A stretch of 64,000 nt of DNA, taken from assembly GCA_964509075.1 (NCBI GenBank), contig CAZDWC010000009.1:63842-127841 (forward strand), read 5' to 3'. The notes under the pieces are model-generated. The model made no database searches and was not told where the DNA came from. It worked only from the letters and a program-made list of their open reading frames with translations. Source of the stretch: an uncultured Pseudomonadales bacterium (GTDB lineage: Bacteria > Pseudomonadota > Gammaproteobacteria > Pseudomonadales > UBA7239). The stretch's first letter is position 1. The number at the start of each line of letters is the position of its first letter. Below are positions 37,318-48,026 of this stretch, in pieces. A program made the position numbers and the translations under genes.

Positions 37318-38144
37318 ATTATCTCGAAAGCGCGCAGGCACTGCTCAAGGTGCTGGCGTCTTGCTGGTGGTGAGTTCTCTATAAATTCAGGTTGATAGAC
37401 GCGTCCGCCACTCATGGGCAGGAAGTCATTGGTGAGTTTGGCCAGGGTAGGCATGTCTTCTTCGGCAAATGCTTCGGAAGCACAGATACTGAACATGCGT
37501 CGTGGTTTGCTGGTGTGGCTAGTGGCGTGTTTGAGACGGTAGTCGAAGATCACGGCATCGCCGGGCTGTGTCGGAATTGTCACCGACGGTACCTCTTCTT
37601 TCTTCAGGCCATAATGTTCCTCGTGCTTCCAGACTTTGCCTTCCAGCTGGTTGGCAAATTTGTCACCGAAAAGGTGGCTGCCGGGTATGGCCTGAAAGGC
37701 GCCGGAGTCGGCATCCAGCGGTTCGAGATAGAAAAGAATCTTGATGTGCTGGTACTTGAAGAAAGCGCCATAGAGATCCGAGTGCCAGTAGGTATCACCT
37801 GTGAAAATATTGGCATCGCTGGCGCGGTACTGGTAATCCTTTCCCAGCAGGGCGGAGAAGGCGCCATCAATGCGGGGATCATCCAGCAGCGAACTCAGCT
37901 CCGGTTGTCTCTCGATGAATTGCATCAGGATAAAGCGTGATTGCATGTAGTGTGCTTCGTGCAGCCAATCGATCACCTCCGGCTTGCTTTGCTGCATTAC
38001 CGTATCAAACCGCGAGCTGATGTCTTCAATACGGTCTTTCAGTAACCCCTCCAGCTTCAGGTAACCAAAGGTCTTGAAGAAGTTCTTCTGTTGCTGGGTG
38101 AGGACGGGGCCGATTTTCTGGGGATTGTTGTTATGGGTGCTCAT
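37281..38144 (-). CDS. phytanoyl-CoA dioxygenase (PhyH) family Fe(II)/2-oxoglutarate oxygenase
   Basis: 287 aa from ATG 38144. PhyH-like pattern with YWHSD (HxD) and a distal His (RLKHATSH). Its 3' end overlaps the msrA 3' end by 37 nt. Confidence 0.8.
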   Translation of the reverse strand: MSTHNNNPQKIGPVLTQQQKNFFKTFGYLKLEGLLKDRIEDISSRFDTVMQQSKPEVIDWLHEAHYMQSRFILMQFIERQPELSSLLDDPRIDGAFSALLGKDYQYRASDANIFTGDTYWHSDLYGAFFKYQHIKILFYLEPLDADSGAFQAIPGSHLFGDKFANQLEGKVWKHEEHYGLKKEEVPSVTIPTQPGDAVIFDYRLKHATSHTSKPRRMFSICASEAFAEEDMPTLAKLTNDFLPMSGGRVYQPEFIENSPPARRQHLEQCLRAFEIIQAGNAGNPQAS

Positions 38145-38339
38145 GCGCAGGAAGCCAGTGAAAGAATTATGGAGATTCTGTAGCGGAATCCGGTTGTCGG
38201 TATTGATAGTTGTCAACGATGCCCGCAGGCCAAACTATCATGAAGGACGGGCGCCTACCAAGTGCAGCGGGCACAATTGCTGGTCCTGTGCTAGATATAA
38301 AAGGTATGCCGAATATATGGCTGCTATAAAGTGACGAGA

Positions 38340-38603
38340 ATGGACGATAAGAAAGGGGCTGTGCGCACGCGCATCGCTCTGAGAGTCAAGGTCAGCAACC
38401 ACAGCAGCCACTGGTACTTCAGGACGGTTGACCTGTCCGATATGGGAATTTTTATTGCGGCAGATACCCCGGTACTGGCTGTTGACGATGTGGTTGACGT
38501 CCAGGTCCAGGATTTGCCTGGTGACGCTCCTGTCTTGCCCATGCGTGTTGTACAGGCAACGGCAGAGGGCTACGACCTCGTATTTGTTAGTGTTGCCGGC
38601 TGA
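38340..38603 (+). CDS. single-domain PilZ protein (c-di-GMP receptor candidate)
   Basis: 87 aa. Has RxxxR (RTRIALR) and DxSxxG (DLSDMG) with normal spacing. GTG 38331 is an alternative start. Confidence 0.75.
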   Translation: MDDKKGAVRTRIALRVKVSNHSSHWYFRTVDLSDMGIFIAADTPVLAVDDVVDVQVQDLPGDAPVLPMRVVQATAEGYDLVFVSVAG

Positions 38604-38644
38604 TCATTTTCGGTAAGTCGTTGTATTTATGCGGTGTTTTCGGC

Positions 38645-39625
38645 ATGATTGCCCGGTTTGTCAGGGCGTATATTCATTTGTCTATTTCATTGCAAAGCCG
38701 AATTGTCATTACAGGTGCCGCCGGTCTGGTTGGCCAGAACCTGCTTTTGCTGCTGCGCGAGCGCGGCTATCGCAATCTGTTGGCTATAGACCGCCACGAG
38801 GGGAATCTGGCGATTGCAGCAGGCCTGAATCCCGGATTGCAAACCTTGTGCACCGATCTGGCTGTGCCTGGAGAATGGCAGACTGCATTTGTGGGCGCGG
38901 ATGCCGTGATTCAGTTACACGCACAGATCACCGGCCTGTTTGAAAATGAATTCGAGCGCAACAATATAGCGGCGACCAGCCATGTACTTCAGGCCTGCCA
39001 GCAAAACAAGGTGCCCTATTTATTGCACATCAGTTCATCTGTGCTGAATTCCGTGGCAGATGATGCTTATACGCGTACCAAACGCGCACAAGAAATGTTG
39101 GTGCGGGAATCGGGCCTGAACTGGTGCATCCTGCGCCCGACACTCATGTTTGGTTGGTTCGATCCCAAACATTTCGGCTGGCTGTCGCGTTTTATGGCTC
39201 GCGTGCCGGTGTTTCCCATTCCAGGTGACGGGCGGTTTTTGCGCCAGCCGCTCTACAACCGTGATTTTTGTCGCGTGATTATTGCCTGTCTGGAGAGCGG
39301 CAGCTGCGGGCAGACGCATGATATAGTGGGAGCTGAAGACGTAGATTACATTGACATCATAAAAACGATCAGAGAAATCAAAGAGTTGAATACAGTGATC
39401 CTGCATATCCCCATGAGTTTTTTCGATCTGTTGCTGCGCATTTATGCCTGTTTTTCTTCGAAGCCGCCTTTCACCAGTTCGCAACTCCACGCTTTGGCTG
39501 CCGGCGACTATTTCACAGGTGTGGATATCGAAAAAGAGTTTGGCGTCAAGCCGACACCGTTTGCGGAAGCCATGCGTGAGACGTTCAGGCATCCGCAGTA
39601 TGCAAGTATTGTGGTTGATCGCTAG
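38645..39625 (+). CDS. NAD-dependent epimerase/dehydratase (extended SDR)
   Basis: IVITGAAGLVGQNL Rossmann motif and YTRTK (YxxxK). The stop abuts the next ATG. Confidence 0.85.
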   Translation: MIARFVRAYIHLSISLQSRIVITGAAGLVGQNLLLLLRERGYRNLLAIDRHEGNLAIAAGLNPGLQTLCTDLAVPGEWQTAFVGADAVIQLHAQITGLFENEFERNNIAATSHVLQACQQNKVPYLLHISSSVLNSVADDAYTRTKRAQEMLVRESGLNWCILRPTLMFGWFDPKHFGWLSRFMARVPVFPIPGDGRFLRQPLYNRDFCRVIIACLESGSCGQTHDIVGAEDVDYIDIIKTIREIKELNTVILHIPMSFFDLLLRIYACFSSKPPFTSSQLHALAAGDYFTGVDIEKEFGVKPTPFAEAMRETFRHPQYASIVVDR

Positions 39626-40924
39626 ATGAACGACGTTGCCAGCAAACATATTGCAGTACTGGGCGGAGGGCCGATGGGGCTTGCCGCAGCCTGGCGCTTG
39701 CTCAAGGCAGGTCACCGAGTCAGTGTTTTTGAAGCCGGTGATCGCCTTGGCGGCATGAGTGCATCATTTGATTTTGATGGATTGAGAATCGAGCGTTTTT
39801 TTCATTTTCTCTGCGCAACCGATTATGACTATTTTGATTTATTGAAAGAGCTGGGTATTGATGATCGGCTGCGCTGGGTCAATACGCGCATGGGCGTTTT
39901 TTATGACGGCAAACTGCACAACTGGGGCGAACCCTTTGCGTTGCTGAAATTTCCCGGTTTGAATCTCATAGAAAAAATTCGCTATGCCTGCAAGGTGTTG
40001 TATTGCAAAAACCTGAAAAACTTTGATGCACTGGATCAGCAGTTGGCGACAAGCTGGTTGAAGAAATGGCTGGGAGAGCGTGCCTACAAGGTATTGTGGG
40101 ATCCACTGATGTCCTTGAAATTCTACCAGTTGCAGCACGAAGTTTCGGCGGCTTGGATCGCTGCGCGCGTGCAGCGCGTGGCGTTCAGTCGCGAAAGTTT
40201 GTTCAAGGAGAAACTCGGTTATCTGGAAGGTGGTTCCGATTTGCTGCTGGATACATTGGATGCCGCCCTGCGCGCCAAAGGTGGTACCGTGCATTTGCAG
40301 GCTCCGGTGGATGAAGTTCTGATTCACGATGGGCGTGTGCAGGGTCTGCGAGTCAAAGGCGAAGAGATGCCGTTTGATGCCGTGATTTCCACCATTCCGC
40401 TGCCTTATGTGGCGCCTATGGTGCCCGGTTTGCCGGCAGAAGATTTGCAGAAGCTGCGCAACATTCGCAACGTCGGTGTAGTGACCGTCAAGCTCAAACT
40501 CAAGCAGCAGCTCACGCCGTATTTCTGGCTCAATTTTACTGATACCTCTTTTGGTATTCCGGGCATCATTGAATACAGCAACCTGAATCCGTTGCCTGAT
40601 ACAGTGGTCTATGTGCCATATTACATGCCCCAGGATCAAGTGAAATTTTCCTGGGACAATGAGCAGTTTCGCGCGGAGACAGTGCGCTGCCTCAAGGCGC
40701 TCAACCCGGCTTTCGATGAGAGCTGGATAAAGGCTATGCACATTTCGCGCTATTTCTATGCGCAGCCGGTATGTGTGCCGGGTTATCTCGACACCTTGCC
40801 GCCCATGCAGAGCCCGGTTGCCGGCTTTTATATGGCTGATACCAGTTATTACTATCCGCAGGATCGCTCAGTCACGGAAAGTATCAAAGTCGGCAATCAG
40901 CTGGCCGATATGGCAGGCGCTTGA
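39626..40924 (+). CDS. NAD(P)/FAD-dependent oxidoreductase (amine-oxidase/phytoene-desaturase-type fold)
   Basis: 432 aa. N-terminal dinucleotide motif [35 protein letters not shown]. Confidence 0.85.
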   Translation: MNDVASKHIAVLGGGPMGLAAAWRLLKAGHRVSVFEAGDRLGGMSASFDFDGLRIERFFHFLCATDYDYFDLLKELGIDDRLRWVNTRMGVFYDGKLHNWGEPFALLKFPGLNLIEKIRYACKVLYCKNLKNFDALDQQLATSWLKKWLGERAYKVLWDPLMSLKFYQLQHEVSAAWIAARVQRVAFSRESLFKEKLGYLEGGSDLLLDTLDAALRAKGGTVHLQAPVDEVLIHDGRVQGLRVKGEEMPFDAVISTIPLPYVAPMVPGLPAEDLQKLRNIRNVGVVTVKLKLKQQLTPYFWLNFTDTSFGIPGIIEYSNLNPLPDTVVYVPYYMPQDQVKFSWDNEQFRAETVRCLKALNPAFDESWIKAMHISRYFYAQPVCVPGYLDTLPPMQSPVAGFYMADTSYYYPQDRSVTESIKVGNQLADMAGA

Positions 40925-40925
40925 C

Positions 40926-41366
40926 GTGGATAAGGCAGCAAGGCGATTGCTGGATGAATTCCTTTCCCTGGAGTTCCTGAAATTTTTCTGTTCTGCATTG
41001 TTGGCAGCGGCGGTGAACTTCGTTGCGCGTTACTTGCTTGATCCGTATATCGGCTATGACAAGGCTATTGTCCTGGCGTATCTCATCGGAACCGTGGCTG
41101 CTTTCTTTCTGTATCAGCGGGAAGTCTTTGGTAAGGGAGCCAGACCGATGTGGCAGGAAATTGGCCTGTTTGCGTTTGTTACCATGGCTGCGATTGCGCA
41201 AACACTCATTGTCAGCATCCTGCTTGTCGAGCATGTATTTCCGGCAGTGGAGTGGAGCTGGTATCCAAAGGAATTGGGGCATGTCATCGGCATGGGAGTG
41301 CCCATGTTCAGCAGTTTTCTCGGTCACAAGTATCTGACATTCAGTCACGAGCCTGTTGCCGACTGA
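40926..41366 (+). CDS. GtrA-family membrane protein
   Basis: 146 aa from GTG 40926, one nt after the upstream stop. Four hydrophobic segments, with the GtrA-like start (FLKFFCSALLAAAVNFVARYLL) and end (GHKYLTF). Confidence 0.7.
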   Translation: MDKAARRLLDEFLSLEFLKFFCSALLAAAVNFVARYLLDPYIGYDKAIVLAYLIGTVAAFFLYQREVFGKGARPMWQEIGLFAFVTMAAIAQTLIVSILLVEHVFPAVEWSWYPKELGHVIGMGVPMFSSFLGHKYLTFSHEPVAD

Positions 41367-41397
41367 TAGTTTTGAATTTTCTAGCAGGAGAGTTGTT

Positions 41398-42948
41398 ATG
41401 TTGCACCCCTATTTTCATGCCCAGGCCAGACCAGAGCAGCCTGCCATCATCATGGCAGCCACCGGTGAAACCATCACCTATGAGCAACTCGATCAACGTT
41501 CCTGTCAGGCGGCACAACTGTTTCGCCAGCAGGGCCTGCAGCGCGGTGATCACATCGCTTTCCTGTTTGACAACCATCCGCGTTTTTTCGAAGTGGTGTG
41601 GGGCGCACAGCGCGCCGGCCTATATTACACGCCGATCAGTTATTACCTGCAGCCGGATGAAATTGAATACATCGTTGATAACTGCGGCGCCAAAATTCTG
41701 ATTGTCGCAGCGAAGTTTGCAGACAAGGTGCGCCCGTTGCTGTCGCGCCTGTCGGGTGTAAAAACCATTTACGCAGTGGATGAATCTTTTGATGGTCTAA
41801 CTCAGTGGGAAACCGCTGCGGCTGCGATGCCAGTGACGCCGATTGCCGATGAATCGGAAGGCCGCGAGATGCTGTATTCCTCTGGTACCACCGGTAGACC
41901 CAAGGGCATCAAGTTTCCGTTGAGCGAAGGTGGACTGGGTGAGCCGCAGGATATCGTGCGTTCAATTGGTCTTGCCCAGTTCATGGGTGTAAACCCGGAC
42001 ACCATCGCACTGTCGACGTCACCGCTGTACCACTCGGCGCCGCTGGGTTTTGTGGTGGGCTGCCATCGTCTGGGTGCCAGCGTAGTCATCATGGAAAAAT
42101 TCGATGAAGAAAAGGCACTGGCATTGATCGAGAAATACAAGGTGAGCTACAGCCAGTGGGTGCCGACCATGTTTGTGCGTCTGCTGAAATTGCCGGAAGA
42201 TATTCGCAACAAATACGATGTTTCGAGTATGAAGCTTGCCATCCACGGTGCTGCACCGTGCCCGATGGAAGTGAAGGAAAAAATCATCCAGTGGTGGGGG
42301 CCTGTGTTGTGGGAGTTCTATTCCGGCTCCGAGCGCAATGGCATTTTCATGATCAGCTCACCGGAGTGGTTGGCGCACAAAGGCTCCGTCGGCAAGTGTG
42401 TTGATGCACAGGTGCATATTGTCGATGATGAAACCGGTGAGGAGTTGCCCGTTGGCCAAATCGGCACCATTTATTGCTCGAAAGGCATGCAGTTTGATTA
42501 CCACGGCGATGCCGAAAAGAAAAAATCCATCACTATTCGCGATGGTTGGACAACCATTGGTGATGTCGGCTATCTGGATGCCGACGGCTATCTGTATCTG
42601 ACCGATCGCAAGTCCTACATGATTATTTCCGGTGGCGTGAATATTTATCCGCAGGAAACCGAAGATTGTCTGATCGGACATCCGAAGGTATACGACGTCG
42701 CTGTATTTGGTGTGCCGCACCCGGAAATGGGCGAGGAAGTGAAAGCCGTGGTGCAGCCACGTGACTTTGCGGAAGCGGGTCCTGAACTGGAAAAGGAACT
42801 GATCGAATACTGCCGCAGCCGTATCAGCCCGATCAAATGTCCGCGCAGTGTTGATTTCGAGCGTGAATTGCCGCGCGAGGAAACCGGCAAACTGAAGAAG
42901 CGTCTGATCAAGGATCGCTACTGGCAGGACGGAAAATCCATCAACTGA
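41398..42948 (+). CDS. acyl-CoA synthetase / AMP-dependent ligase
   Basis: AMP-binding motifs (MLYSSGTTGRPKG, GDVGYLDADGYLYLTDRK). AGGAGA lies upstream of ATG 41398. Confidence 0.9.
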   Translation: MLHPYFHAQARPEQPAIIMAATGETITYEQLDQRSCQAAQLFRQQGLQRGDHIAFLFDNHPRFFEVVWGAQRAGLYYTPISYYLQPDEIEYIVDNCGAKILIVAAKFADKVRPLLSRLSGVKTIYAVDESFDGLTQWETAAAAMPVTPIADESEGREMLYSSGTTGRPKGIKFPLSEGGLGEPQDIVRSIGLAQFMGVNPDTIALSTSPLYHSAPLGFVVGCHRLGASVVIMEKFDEEKALALIEKYKVSYSQWVPTMFVRLLKLPEDIRNKYDVSSMKLAIHGAAPCPMEVKEKIIQWWGPVLWEFYSGSERNGIFMISSPEWLAHKGSVGKCVDAQVHIVDDETGEELPVGQIGTIYCSKGMQFDYHGDAEKKKSITIRDGWTTIGDVGYLDADGYLYLTDRKSYMIISGGVNIYPQETEDCLIGHPKVYDVAVFGVPHPEMGEEVKAVVQPRDFAEAGPELEKELIEYCRSRISPIKCPRSVDFERELPREETGKLKKRLIKDRYWQDGKSIN

Positions 42949-42969
42949 TTTTATTGTCGAGATAATCGC

Positions 42970-43617
42970 ATGTCGCGTTCGATTGATCTGGTGCTGTTTG
43001 ATTTCGGTGGTGTATTCACTGCGTCGCCTTTTGGCGCTGTCGAAGCCATGGCCCGCGATCTTGGTCTTGATGTGGAGACTTTCGCCGAGCTGATGTTCGG
43101 CGCCTATCACCTCGATACCGATCACCCGTGGCACCGTCTTGAGCGCGGCGAAGTGAGTTTTGACGAAGCGCGTGAAGGCATTATGGCGCTGGGTCGAGAC
43201 GCGGGGATGCCGGTAGATCCGGTAGATCTGCTGATGCGCATGGCAGGCGGCAATCTGGTCAACGAAGCCATGGTCAGCACGCTGCGCGACATAAAAGCCG
43301 CGGGCTACCCAACGGCCATCATCACCAACAACGTAAAAGAATTTCGCGACGGCTGGCGTGCACTGATTCCGGTCGATGAGCTGATCGACCGTGTGTTCGA
43401 TTCCAGCGAACTCGGTGTGCGCAAACCCGATGCGAATATTTTTACACAGGCGCTGCAGGGCATGGGTGATGTGGCGCCGGCGCGCGCGGTATTTCTCGAC
43501 GATGTGCCGGCGAATGTTGATAGCGCACGTGCCCTTGGCATGCACGGCATTCAAGTGAACGAGGATGCCGATCCCGCCATTCGTGAACTGCGAGCATTAT
43601 TGCGTTTGCCAGTTTGA
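42970..43617 (+). CDS. HAD-superfamily hydrolase
   Basis: The DLVLFDFGGV motif I and later HAD motifs (ITNN, FLDD). Confidence 0.85.
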   Translation: MSRSIDLVLFDFGGVFTASPFGAVEAMARDLGLDVETFAELMFGAYHLDTDHPWHRLERGEVSFDEAREGIMALGRDAGMPVDPVDLLMRMAGGNLVNEAMVSTLRDIKAAGYPTAIITNNVKEFRDGWRALIPVDELIDRVFDSSELGVRKPDANIFTQALQGMGDVAPARAVFLDDVPANVDSARALGMHGIQVNEDADPAIRELRALLRLPV

Positions 43618-44889
43618 TCAGTGTTTTGCCCAGCGTGAAAAATAGGCCGGTTCAGCATTGATGCCTGATGCTTGTCGTCTCACCGCATCCAGCGCAATCG
43701 CCGCCACTAGTTGTTGAAAGCGTTTGCGCGGGCCGCTGATGTTGAAACGCTGAACTTGCTGGGACAAGTTGTCCCCCCACGCAATGCACACGGTGCCTAC
43801 CGGTTTGTCTGCGCTGCCGCCATCGGGGCCGGCGATGCCGGTGACGGCAACGGCATAATCAGAGCCACTTTTTTGCAATGCACCTTGCAACATGGCGCGC
43901 GCAGTTTCTTTGCTGACGGCGCCATGCTGCGCCAATATTGCTTCATCCACGCCAAGCATTTTGGATTTCATCGCATTGGAATAGGTGATAAAGCCTGCGG
44001 TGAAAACGCGTGAAGAGCCGGGGATTTCCGTGAGCAGGCTACTGATCAGCCCGCCGGTGCAAGATTCCGCACAGGCCAGTGTCTTGCCTTGTGCAGCGAG
44101 CAGGTCCAGCAAAGCAGCAGCCATGTTCTGATCATTCAGGGCGACGATGCTGTCGGCAAAAATCTGCTTAAGTTTTTCGAAAAGTGTATTGCCAGCACTT
44201 TGCGCATGCTTGGCGACAAACAGCTTGATCTCGACCGTCGGCATGCCGGCGCGAAAGCCGAGTGTGACGCCTTGTGGCCATTGGGGAATCTGCGCGTCGA
44301 TCATTTCCTGCGCCTGCGATTCGCCTACGCCGAAAAGATGCATGCGCAACACGTGCTGTTTTTCGGCGGCAGGAAATTGCTGTTGTAGCAGTGGCAATAT
44401 CTGTTCGGTGAGCATGGCTTCCAGTTCACGCGGCACACCGGGTGTGCACAGCACCAGCGCCTTGCCCAGATCGATACCGAAACCCACGGCACTGCCGATG
44501 CGATTGGGAATAACAAATGCAGAAGCCGGCAGCATGGCCTGTTTGCGATTCGCAGCATTCAATGGATAGCCGCGTTCTTGGCACCATTGCTCAAGATGAG
44601 CTATGGCGGTTGCGTTTTCAGACAGGTTTTCACCTTTCGCTGCTGCGAGTGCTTCTGCGGTGAGATCATCACTCGTCGGCCCCAATCCGCCGTTGACGAT
44701 AATCACGTCACTGTCATTGGCGAGTGTCTGCAATTCGTGAATCAATAATGCCTTGTCATCGCCGACGGTGACTTTGCGGTAAACAGCGAGCCCCAGCGTG
44801 GCAAGTGCATCGGCGATGCGCGCGGAATTGCTGTCTACCGTGGTTCCGCTCATCAATTCGCTGCCGGTCATCAACAGTTGTATGCGCAT
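43618..44889 (-). CDS. cinA: CinA-family protein (MoCF-like domain + nicotinamide-nucleotide amidase PncC domain)
   Basis: 423 aa. N-terminus (MRIQLLMTGSELMSGTTVDSNS) and a C-terminal CinA/PncC domain (ACAESCTGGL...VAVTGIAGPDGG). Confidence 0.9.
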   Translation of the reverse strand: MRIQLLMTGSELMSGTTVDSNSARIADALATLGLAVYRKVTVGDDKALLIHELQTLANDSDVIIVNGGLGPTSDDLTAEALAAAKGENLSENATAIAHLEQWCQERGYPLNAANRKQAMLPASAFVIPNRIGSAVGFGIDLGKALVLCTPGVPRELEAMLTEQILPLLQQQFPAAEKQHVLRMHLFGVGESQAQEMIDAQIPQWPQGVTLGFRAGMPTVEIKLFVAKHAQSAGNTLFEKLKQIFADSIVALNDQNMAAALLDLLAAQGKTLACAESCTGGLISSLLTEIPGSSRVFTAGFITYSNAMKSKMLGVDEAILAQHGAVSKETARAMLQGALQKSGSDYAVAVTGIAGPDGGSADKPVGTVCIAWGDNLSQQVQRFNISGPRKRFQQLVAAIALDAVRRQASGINAEPAYFSRWAKH

Positions 44890-44897
44890 GCAGACTC

Positions 44898-46073
44898 CTA
44901 ATTTGTGATGGACTCATCCGCAAACGCGGATTCCGGCAAATAACGCCAGCTGACAGCGAAAGCCAGCAGGCATACCACTGCCGAACAGAGAAAGAGCAGG
45001 GCGGGGCTGATAGCCCACAGCCAGCCGCTGCTCAAGGCGCCGATTGCATTGCCGGCGCCATAGCCGACTGCGCTGTAGAACGCCTGCGCTTTGCCGGCAT
45101 GATGATGTGAAAACAAGCGACGCACCGCTTCAATGGCGGCGGAATGAAAGGCACCAAAACTGAAGGCGTGCAGGCATTGCGCAAACAACATCACCGGCAG
45201 TTGTTGCGGGAAAAATGCGAGCAGTACCCAACGCAGTGCGGTTGCCAGCAGACTCACCAGAATCAGATTGCGCAAACCGTGTTGCGGTAACAAGCGGTGC
45301 ATGAACCAGAAGATGATAATTTCCGCGACGACTCCCAGACTCCACAATAAACCGATCGTCGTGCGTGTATGTTGGTGCTGTTCCATCAATACCGAAAAAA
45401 ACGTGTAGTAGGGCCCGTGTGACAACACCATCAGAAAGCAGACGGAAAACAAAGCCAGCACAGGAGGGTGCAATAGCCGTTTGGTAAACGCTGGCTCGTT
45501 TTGCAAATGACGGTTTGGCGCATTCCGTTGTGGCGAATCGGCGACAAACCAACTGCTGATAAAAATAATCAGCAAGCCGGCCGCAATCACATAAGGAAAG
45601 ATGCGCAGCGAAACGTGATCAAACAGCAATCCCAAACCGGCAACGGCAACAATGAAGCCGATGGAACCCCACAAGCGAATACGGCTGTAAAATTCGGGTT
45701 GATTGCCGAGATAGGCGAGGGTGACGGCCTCGAATTGCGCCAGCACTGCGTTCCAGAAAAAACTGTAGAGAAAAATGATCAGTGCCAGCGCGGCAACACT
45801 GTGCCACCAGAAGCTCAGCGAAAAACACAGCACCGCCATCAGACAGCCCATGCGGATAATCATCATGCGCTGTTGGGTGCGATCGGCGAGCCAGCCCCAG
45901 ATATTCGGCGCCACAATTTTGGTGCCCACCATCACCGAGGTGAGCAAACCGATATGCCAGGCATCCAGCCCGAGGCTCTGCAGGTACAACGGCAGGTACG
46001 GCACCATGGTGCCGAGCACAATGAAATAGAAAAAATAGAAACCGGACAGCCGCCAGTACAGCTGGCCTTGCAT
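44898..46073 (-). CDS. MFS transporter (HcaT/PPP-like subfamily)
   Basis: 391 aa with about 12 hydrophobic segments. The N-terminus (YFFYFIVLGTMVPYLPLYL) is typical of MFS_1-like transporters. Confidence 0.85.
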   Translation of the reverse strand: MQGQLYWRLSGFYFFYFIVLGTMVPYLPLYLQSLGLDAWHIGLLTSVMVGTKIVAPNIWGWLADRTQQRMMIIRMGCLMAVLCFSLSFWWHSVAALALIIFLYSFFWNAVLAQFEAVTLAYLGNQPEFYSRIRLWGSIGFIVAVAGLGLLFDHVSLRIFPYVIAAGLLIIFISSWFVADSPQRNAPNRHLQNEPAFTKRLLHPPVLALFSVCFLMVLSHGPYYTFFSVLMEQHQHTRTTIGLLWSLGVVAEIIIFWFMHRLLPQHGLRNLILVSLLATALRWVLLAFFPQQLPVMLFAQCLHAFSFGAFHSAAIEAVRRLFSHHHAGKAQAFYSAVGYGAGNAIGALSSGWLWAISPALLFLCSAVVCLLAFAVSWRYLPESAFADESITN

Positions 46074-46077
46074 GGGG

Positions 46078-47181
46078 TTATTCCTGTACGCGCGCTGGAA
46101 TGACCGGCGAAGGCATCACCACATCGGCGTTCTGCGCGCGATGGCGCAAGGCGTGATCCATCAATACCAGTGCCAGCATGGCTTCGGCAATCGGTGTGGC
46201 GCGGATGCCGACGCAGGGATCGTGGCGACCTTTGGTGATGACTTCAATCGGGTTGCCACTGCTGTCGATGCTGCGTCCCGGCAGGTGCAGGCTGGACGTG
46301 GGTTTCAGCGCAATGTTGACGACGATGTCCTGACCGCTGGAAATGCCGCCCAAAATGCCGCCGGCATTGTTGGAGAGAAAACCCTGCGGCGTCATTTCGT
46401 CGCGGTGTTCACTGCCGCGCTGGGTTACCGAAGCAAAACCGGCACCGATTTCCACGCCTTTCACCGCATTGATCCCCATCATGGCGTGGGCGATATCGGC
46501 GTCGAGGCGGTCGAAAATCGGTTCGCCCCAACCCGGCGGCAGACCTGCGGCCACTACCGTGATGCGGGCACCGATGGAATCGCCATCCTTGATCAGTTTC
46601 TGCATGTATTCCTCAAGCGCGGGCACGGCACCAGGGTCGGGGCAGAAAAACGCGTTCTGCTCGACGCAATCCCATTGCTTGAAATCGACGTTGATGGGCC
46701 CGAGTTGGCTCAGATAGCCGCGCACGCTGACACCAAAGCGCTCGTGCAGGTATTTCTTAGCGATGGCGCCGGCCGCCACGCGCATGGCGGTTTCACGCGC
46801 CGAGGAACGGCCGCCACCGCGATAGTCGCGGAAACCGTATTTCTGGGTGTAGGTGTAGTCGGCGTGTGCTGGGCGGAACGTGTCCTTGATATTGCCGTAA
46901 TCCTTGGAGCGCTGGTCGGTGTTCTCGATCAACAGGCCGATTGGCGTGCCGGTAGTCTTACCTTCAAACACGCCGGAGAGGATGCGCACGGCATCTTCTT
47001 CCTTGCGCTGTGTGGTGTAGCGCGAAGTGCCGGGCTTGCGGCGGTCGAGGTCTATCTGCAGGTCCGCTTCACAGAGAGACAGGCCGGGAGGGCAGCCATC
47101 GACAATGCAACCCAGCGCAGGGCCGTGGCTTTCGCCAAAGGTCGTTACCGTGAACAATTTGCCGAAAGTATTGCCGGACAT
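46078..47181 (-). CDS. aroC: chorismate synthase
   Basis: [33 protein letters not shown]..., a canonical AroC. ATG 47181 is chosen over the 9-codon-longer ORF. Confidence 0.95.
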   Translation of the reverse strand: MSGNTFGKLFTVTTFGESHGPALGCIVDGCPPGLSLCEADLQIDLDRRKPGTSRYTTQRKEEDAVRILSGVFEGKTTGTPIGLLIENTDQRSKDYGNIKDTFRPAHADYTYTQKYGFRDYRGGGRSSARETAMRVAAGAIAKKYLHERFGVSVRGYLSQLGPINVDFKQWDCVEQNAFFCPDPGAVPALEEYMQKLIKDGDSIGARITVVAAGLPPGWGEPIFDRLDADIAHAMMGINAVKGVEIGAGFASVTQRGSEHRDEMTPQGFLSNNAGGILGGISSGQDIVVNIALKPTSSLHLPGRSIDSSGNPIEVITKGRHDPCVGIRATPIAEAMLALVLMDHALRHRAQNADVVMPSPVIPARVQE

Positions 47182-47267
47182 GTGTTTCCCCCCGAGATGC
47201 GCGCGCATTATAAGGGATAGTGGTATCCTTGCCGCCGCTTTTTCCTACCTGAATTCAGACCTGCGCC

Positions 47268-48023
47268 ATGTTGAAAACCTGGTTCCATCGCTGGGGTTCT
47301 CCACCCTGGTTTTATCGCATGAGTGGTGTGCTGCTGCCGTGGCTGGCCGCGCTGGCTTTTGCTTTGATCGCCGCCGGCACCGTCTGGGGGCTGGCGTTTG
47401 CGCCGGAAGATGCACGTCAGGGCAACAGTTTTCGCATCATTTATCTGCATGTACCGTGTTCCTTCCTGGCGCTGGCCGGCTATTACCTGATGGCGATTGC
47501 CGGCTGCGTCGGTCTGATCTGGCGCATGAAGCTGGCCTTCTGGGCCATGCGTGCCGCGGCCCCACTGGGCGCGGCGCTGACATTTATCGCGCTGGTCACC
47601 GGTTCCATCTGGGGCAAACCGACCTGGGGGACATGGTGGGAGTGGGATGCGCGCATCACCTCCATGCTGATTCTGTTCTTCCTTTACCTTGGCGTCATGG
47701 CGCTGGCGAATGCTTATCAAAATAGCGACAGCGGCCAGCGTGCCTCGGCCATTCTGGCGATTGTCGGCATGGTGAACATTCCGATCATTTACAAGTCTGT
47801 GGACTGGTGGAACACGCTGCATCAGGGCGCATCACTCAAACTGACATCGGCGCCTACGATACACGGCAGCATGCTGTACCCGCTGCTGATCATGATTGCC
47901 GGTTTTTATCTGTTTTATGCCGTGGTGCTGTTGCTGAATATTCGCTGTGAAATTGTCGCCAGCGAGCGCAAGAGCCGCTGGTTGCACGATCACCTGTCAC
48001 AAGAATTGTTGCAAGGTAAGTGA
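47268..48023 (+). CDS. ccmC: heme exporter protein CcmC
   Basis: 251 aa with the WWD motif WGTWWEWDARIT. Confidence 0.93.
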   Translation: MLKTWFHRWGSPPWFYRMSGVLLPWLAALAFALIAAGTVWGLAFAPEDARQGNSFRIIYLHVPCSFLALAGYYLMAIAGCVGLIWRMKLAFWAMRAAAPLGAALTFIALVTGSIWGKPTWGTWWEWDARITSMLILFFLYLGVMALANAYQNSDSGQRASAILAIVGMVNIPIIYKSVDWWNTLHQGASLKLTSAPTIHGSMLYPLLIMIAGFYLFYAVVLLLNIRCEIVASERKSRWLHDHLSQELLQGK

Positions 48024-48026
48024 GTG

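Noticed and set aside
39839-40741. 300-aa ORF on the minus strand
   Set aside because: It is antisense to the FAD-dependent oxidoreductase, which has a clear dinucleotide-binding motif. No independent support.
42358-43554. 398-aa ORF on the minus strand spanning two plus-strand genes
   Set aside because: It overlaps both the acyl-CoA synthetase 3' end and the HAD hydrolase, which both have strong family motifs. The translation has no recognisable domain.
46072-47220. 382-aa ORF on the plus strand
   Set aside because: It is the exact antisense of aroC (chorismate synthase), whose translation is unmistakable. Shadow ORF.
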